A stretch of 64,000 nucleotides of DNA. It comes from Dehalococcoidia bacterium (lineage in GTDB: Bacteria > Chloroflexota > Dehalococcoidia > Lucifugimonadales > UBA3495). Made by a program: the position numbers and the translations under genes. This document shows, one piece after another, positions 62,748-64,000 of the stretch (its first letter is position 1; each line of letters opens with the position of its first letter). The notes beneath the pieces were generated by a model. The model was not told the DNA's origin and did not search any database. It saw only the letters and a list, made by a program, of their open reading frames with translations. The stretch is from contig CBDBPP010000002.1 of assembly GCA_965208825.1 (NCBI GenBank), positions 229,854 through 293,853 on the forward strand, in the 5' to 3' direction.

Positions 62748-64000
62748 CTGCCGCCGCGGCATCCTCGTCCTGCCCTGCCGCTGAGGCGGTCTCCTCGGAC
62801 TCTGGACCCCCTTCGGCCTCCTCGTCCTCCGCCGGTTCCTCCCGTGACTCCCCGGCGGCAGGTTTCCCGACTTCCCTCGACAGTTCCGACAGCAACCTGT
62901 CGAAGTCGAACTCCGCCAGCCGGTCTTCGTTGCCGAAGAACTGCTCCTCGATGTAGGGGAGCACCGCCCGCCTCCAGATCCTTCGCACCTGGGCCTCGTC
63001 CAGTCCCTCGGCATCCGGCATGAAGAAGCTCGGGCCGATGCTCGTATGGCGGTCTCCCAGCCTCTCGTTGGCGAGGTCCACCAGGTCGGCCACCCAGGAC
63101 GCCTCCGGCCGGTTCCGGTCCAGCCACCGCCGCAGCAGTCCCCGGATCGGAGGCTGGTCTCCGAAGAAAGGTGCGAAGTAGAATCGCCGCCGCAGCGCGG
63201 CGTCCATAAGCGCGATGGAACGGTCCGCCGTGTTCATCGTGCAGATGAACCACAGGTTCTCCGGCAGCCGGAACCTCTGGCCCGCACCGCTGTACTGCAG
63301 CTGGATATCGTCGTCGCGGTACTCCAGCAGGTAGTACAGTTCCCCGAATACCTTGGCCACGTTGCCCCGGTTCAGCTCGTCGATCACCAGTATGTACGTC
63401 GATTGCGGGTTGGCGGCAGCTTGCGCCGCCATCCGCAGCAGCGGCCCGGCCACCAGTTCGAATCCTGGCTGTCCCTCCCGTATCCTGGGCCGGAACCCCT
63501 CGACGAAGTCCTCGTACGAGTAAGACGGGTGAAACTGCACGATGGCGTAGTCGCCCCCCTCCTCTCGGCAATGCTGGGCGATCCTGCGCGCTACGTACGT
63601 CTTCCCGGTGCCCGAGGGCCCGTAGAAAATCACCTGTCGCTTATCTCGCAGGTCCGCCACCACCTCGGCGAACTCCCCCTCCTCCCACAGCAGCTCCTCC
63701 GCCAGGGCCGCCAGTTTCTCCTGCGACCATGGGTCTCGTGGCGTAGACGGTGCGGACTCGGGCTGGGACTCCGGCACCTGCTCCGGTTCCCGCTCCGTCG
63801 GAAGCGGTGGCGGTGGCACCGTGTCCCCGTGCAGGTACGCGTCGTACCGCTGGCGAAGCCCCTCCGGCCATTCGCTGGCTGGCGGTCGTTCCGTCCCGTA
63901 GAGCATCACGCACCACAGCAGCGACTGGGCGTCCATCCGGTCCCGGATGTGCAGGCTGCGCGTTCCCGAGCGCCGGATGAACTCATCAAGGAAATTCAGC
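62725..64000 (-). CDS. mcrB: McrB-like GTPase/AAA+ restriction subunit (5' end outside the window)
   Basis: Motifs FYGPSGTGKTY, LVIDELNRGNVAKVFGELYYLLEYRD and FICTMNTADRSIALMDAALRRRF. The frame stays open upstream of ATG 63936 to the window edge. Confidence 0.85.
   Translation of the reverse strand, partial: LNFLDEFIRRSGTRSLHIRDRMDAQSLLWCVMLYGTERPPASEWPEGLRQRYDAYLHGDTVPPPPLPTEREPEQVPESQPESAPSTPRDPWSQEKLAALAEELLWEEGEFAEVVADLRDKRQVIFYGPSGTGKTYVARRIAQHCREEGGDYAIVQFHPSYSYEDFVEGFRPRIREGQPGFELVAGPLLRMAAQAAANPQSTYILVIDELNRGNVAKVFGELYYLLEYRDDDIQLQYSGAGQRFRLPENLWFICTMNTADRSIALMDAALRRRFYFAPFFGDQPPIRGLLRRWLDRNRPEASWVADLVDLANERLGDRHTSIGPSFFMPDAEGLDEAQVRRIWRRAVLPYIEEQFFGNEDRLAEFDFDRLLSELSREVGKPAAGESREEPAEDEEAEGGPESEETASAAGQDEDAAAADANSPVA

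Overview
GC-rich bacterial chromosomal segment. Gene content, PT-rich lipoprotein linkers and the dnaJ-prmA and alaS-ruvX synteny suggest a Chloroflexota-like organism, but the taxon is inference only. I support about 55 protein genes, one tRNA-Gln, two cobalamin riboswitches, two IS elements and at least four families of short hairpin repeats.

Layout:
- 1-4.4 kb: rny, dnaJ, prmA.
- 4.7-6.6 kb: atypical kinase-like gene plus a PP2C phosphatase.
- 6.8-9.7 kb: ino1, PimA-like GT4 and a CDP-alcohol phosphatidyltransferase (inositol phospholipid cluster).
- 9.8-17.5 kb: housekeeping genes, including a MoxR/DUF58/DUF4129-like module.
- 17.5-26.6 kb, minus strand: a nine-gene B12 uptake plus nucleotide-loop operon behind a cobalamin riboswitch.
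- 26.8-28.1 kb: an ISAs1-type element with intact ends and a target duplication, but a frameshifted transposase.
- 28.1-37.1 kb, plus strand: a second riboswitch driving cbiE-cobN-unknown-cbtB-cbtA-chlI/D fusion.
- 37.1-42.6 kb: tRNA-Gln, a nitrilase-family gene, an IS30 element, ruvX and alaS.
- 42.7-46.3 kb: AT-richer, repeat-laden region with a small SWIM-finger gene and an NAD-dependent formate dehydrogenase.
- 46.3-59.2 kb: a run of hydrolase, oxidoreductase and transporter genes. It includes a candidate selenoprotein, where an in-frame UGA is followed by a hairpin.
- 59.2-60.1 kb: a lower-GC islet encoding a membrane protein and two paralogous polyproline micro-ORFs.
- 60.3-64.0 kb: an enolase-superfamily gene and a convergent McrBC restriction system, truncated by the window edge.

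Most other long ORFs in the six-frame track are antisense or alternate-frame artefacts of the high GC content.

Limits: all functional calls come from motif recognition by eye, with no database search. Start codons are often uncertain because the track uses ATG, GTG and TTG.
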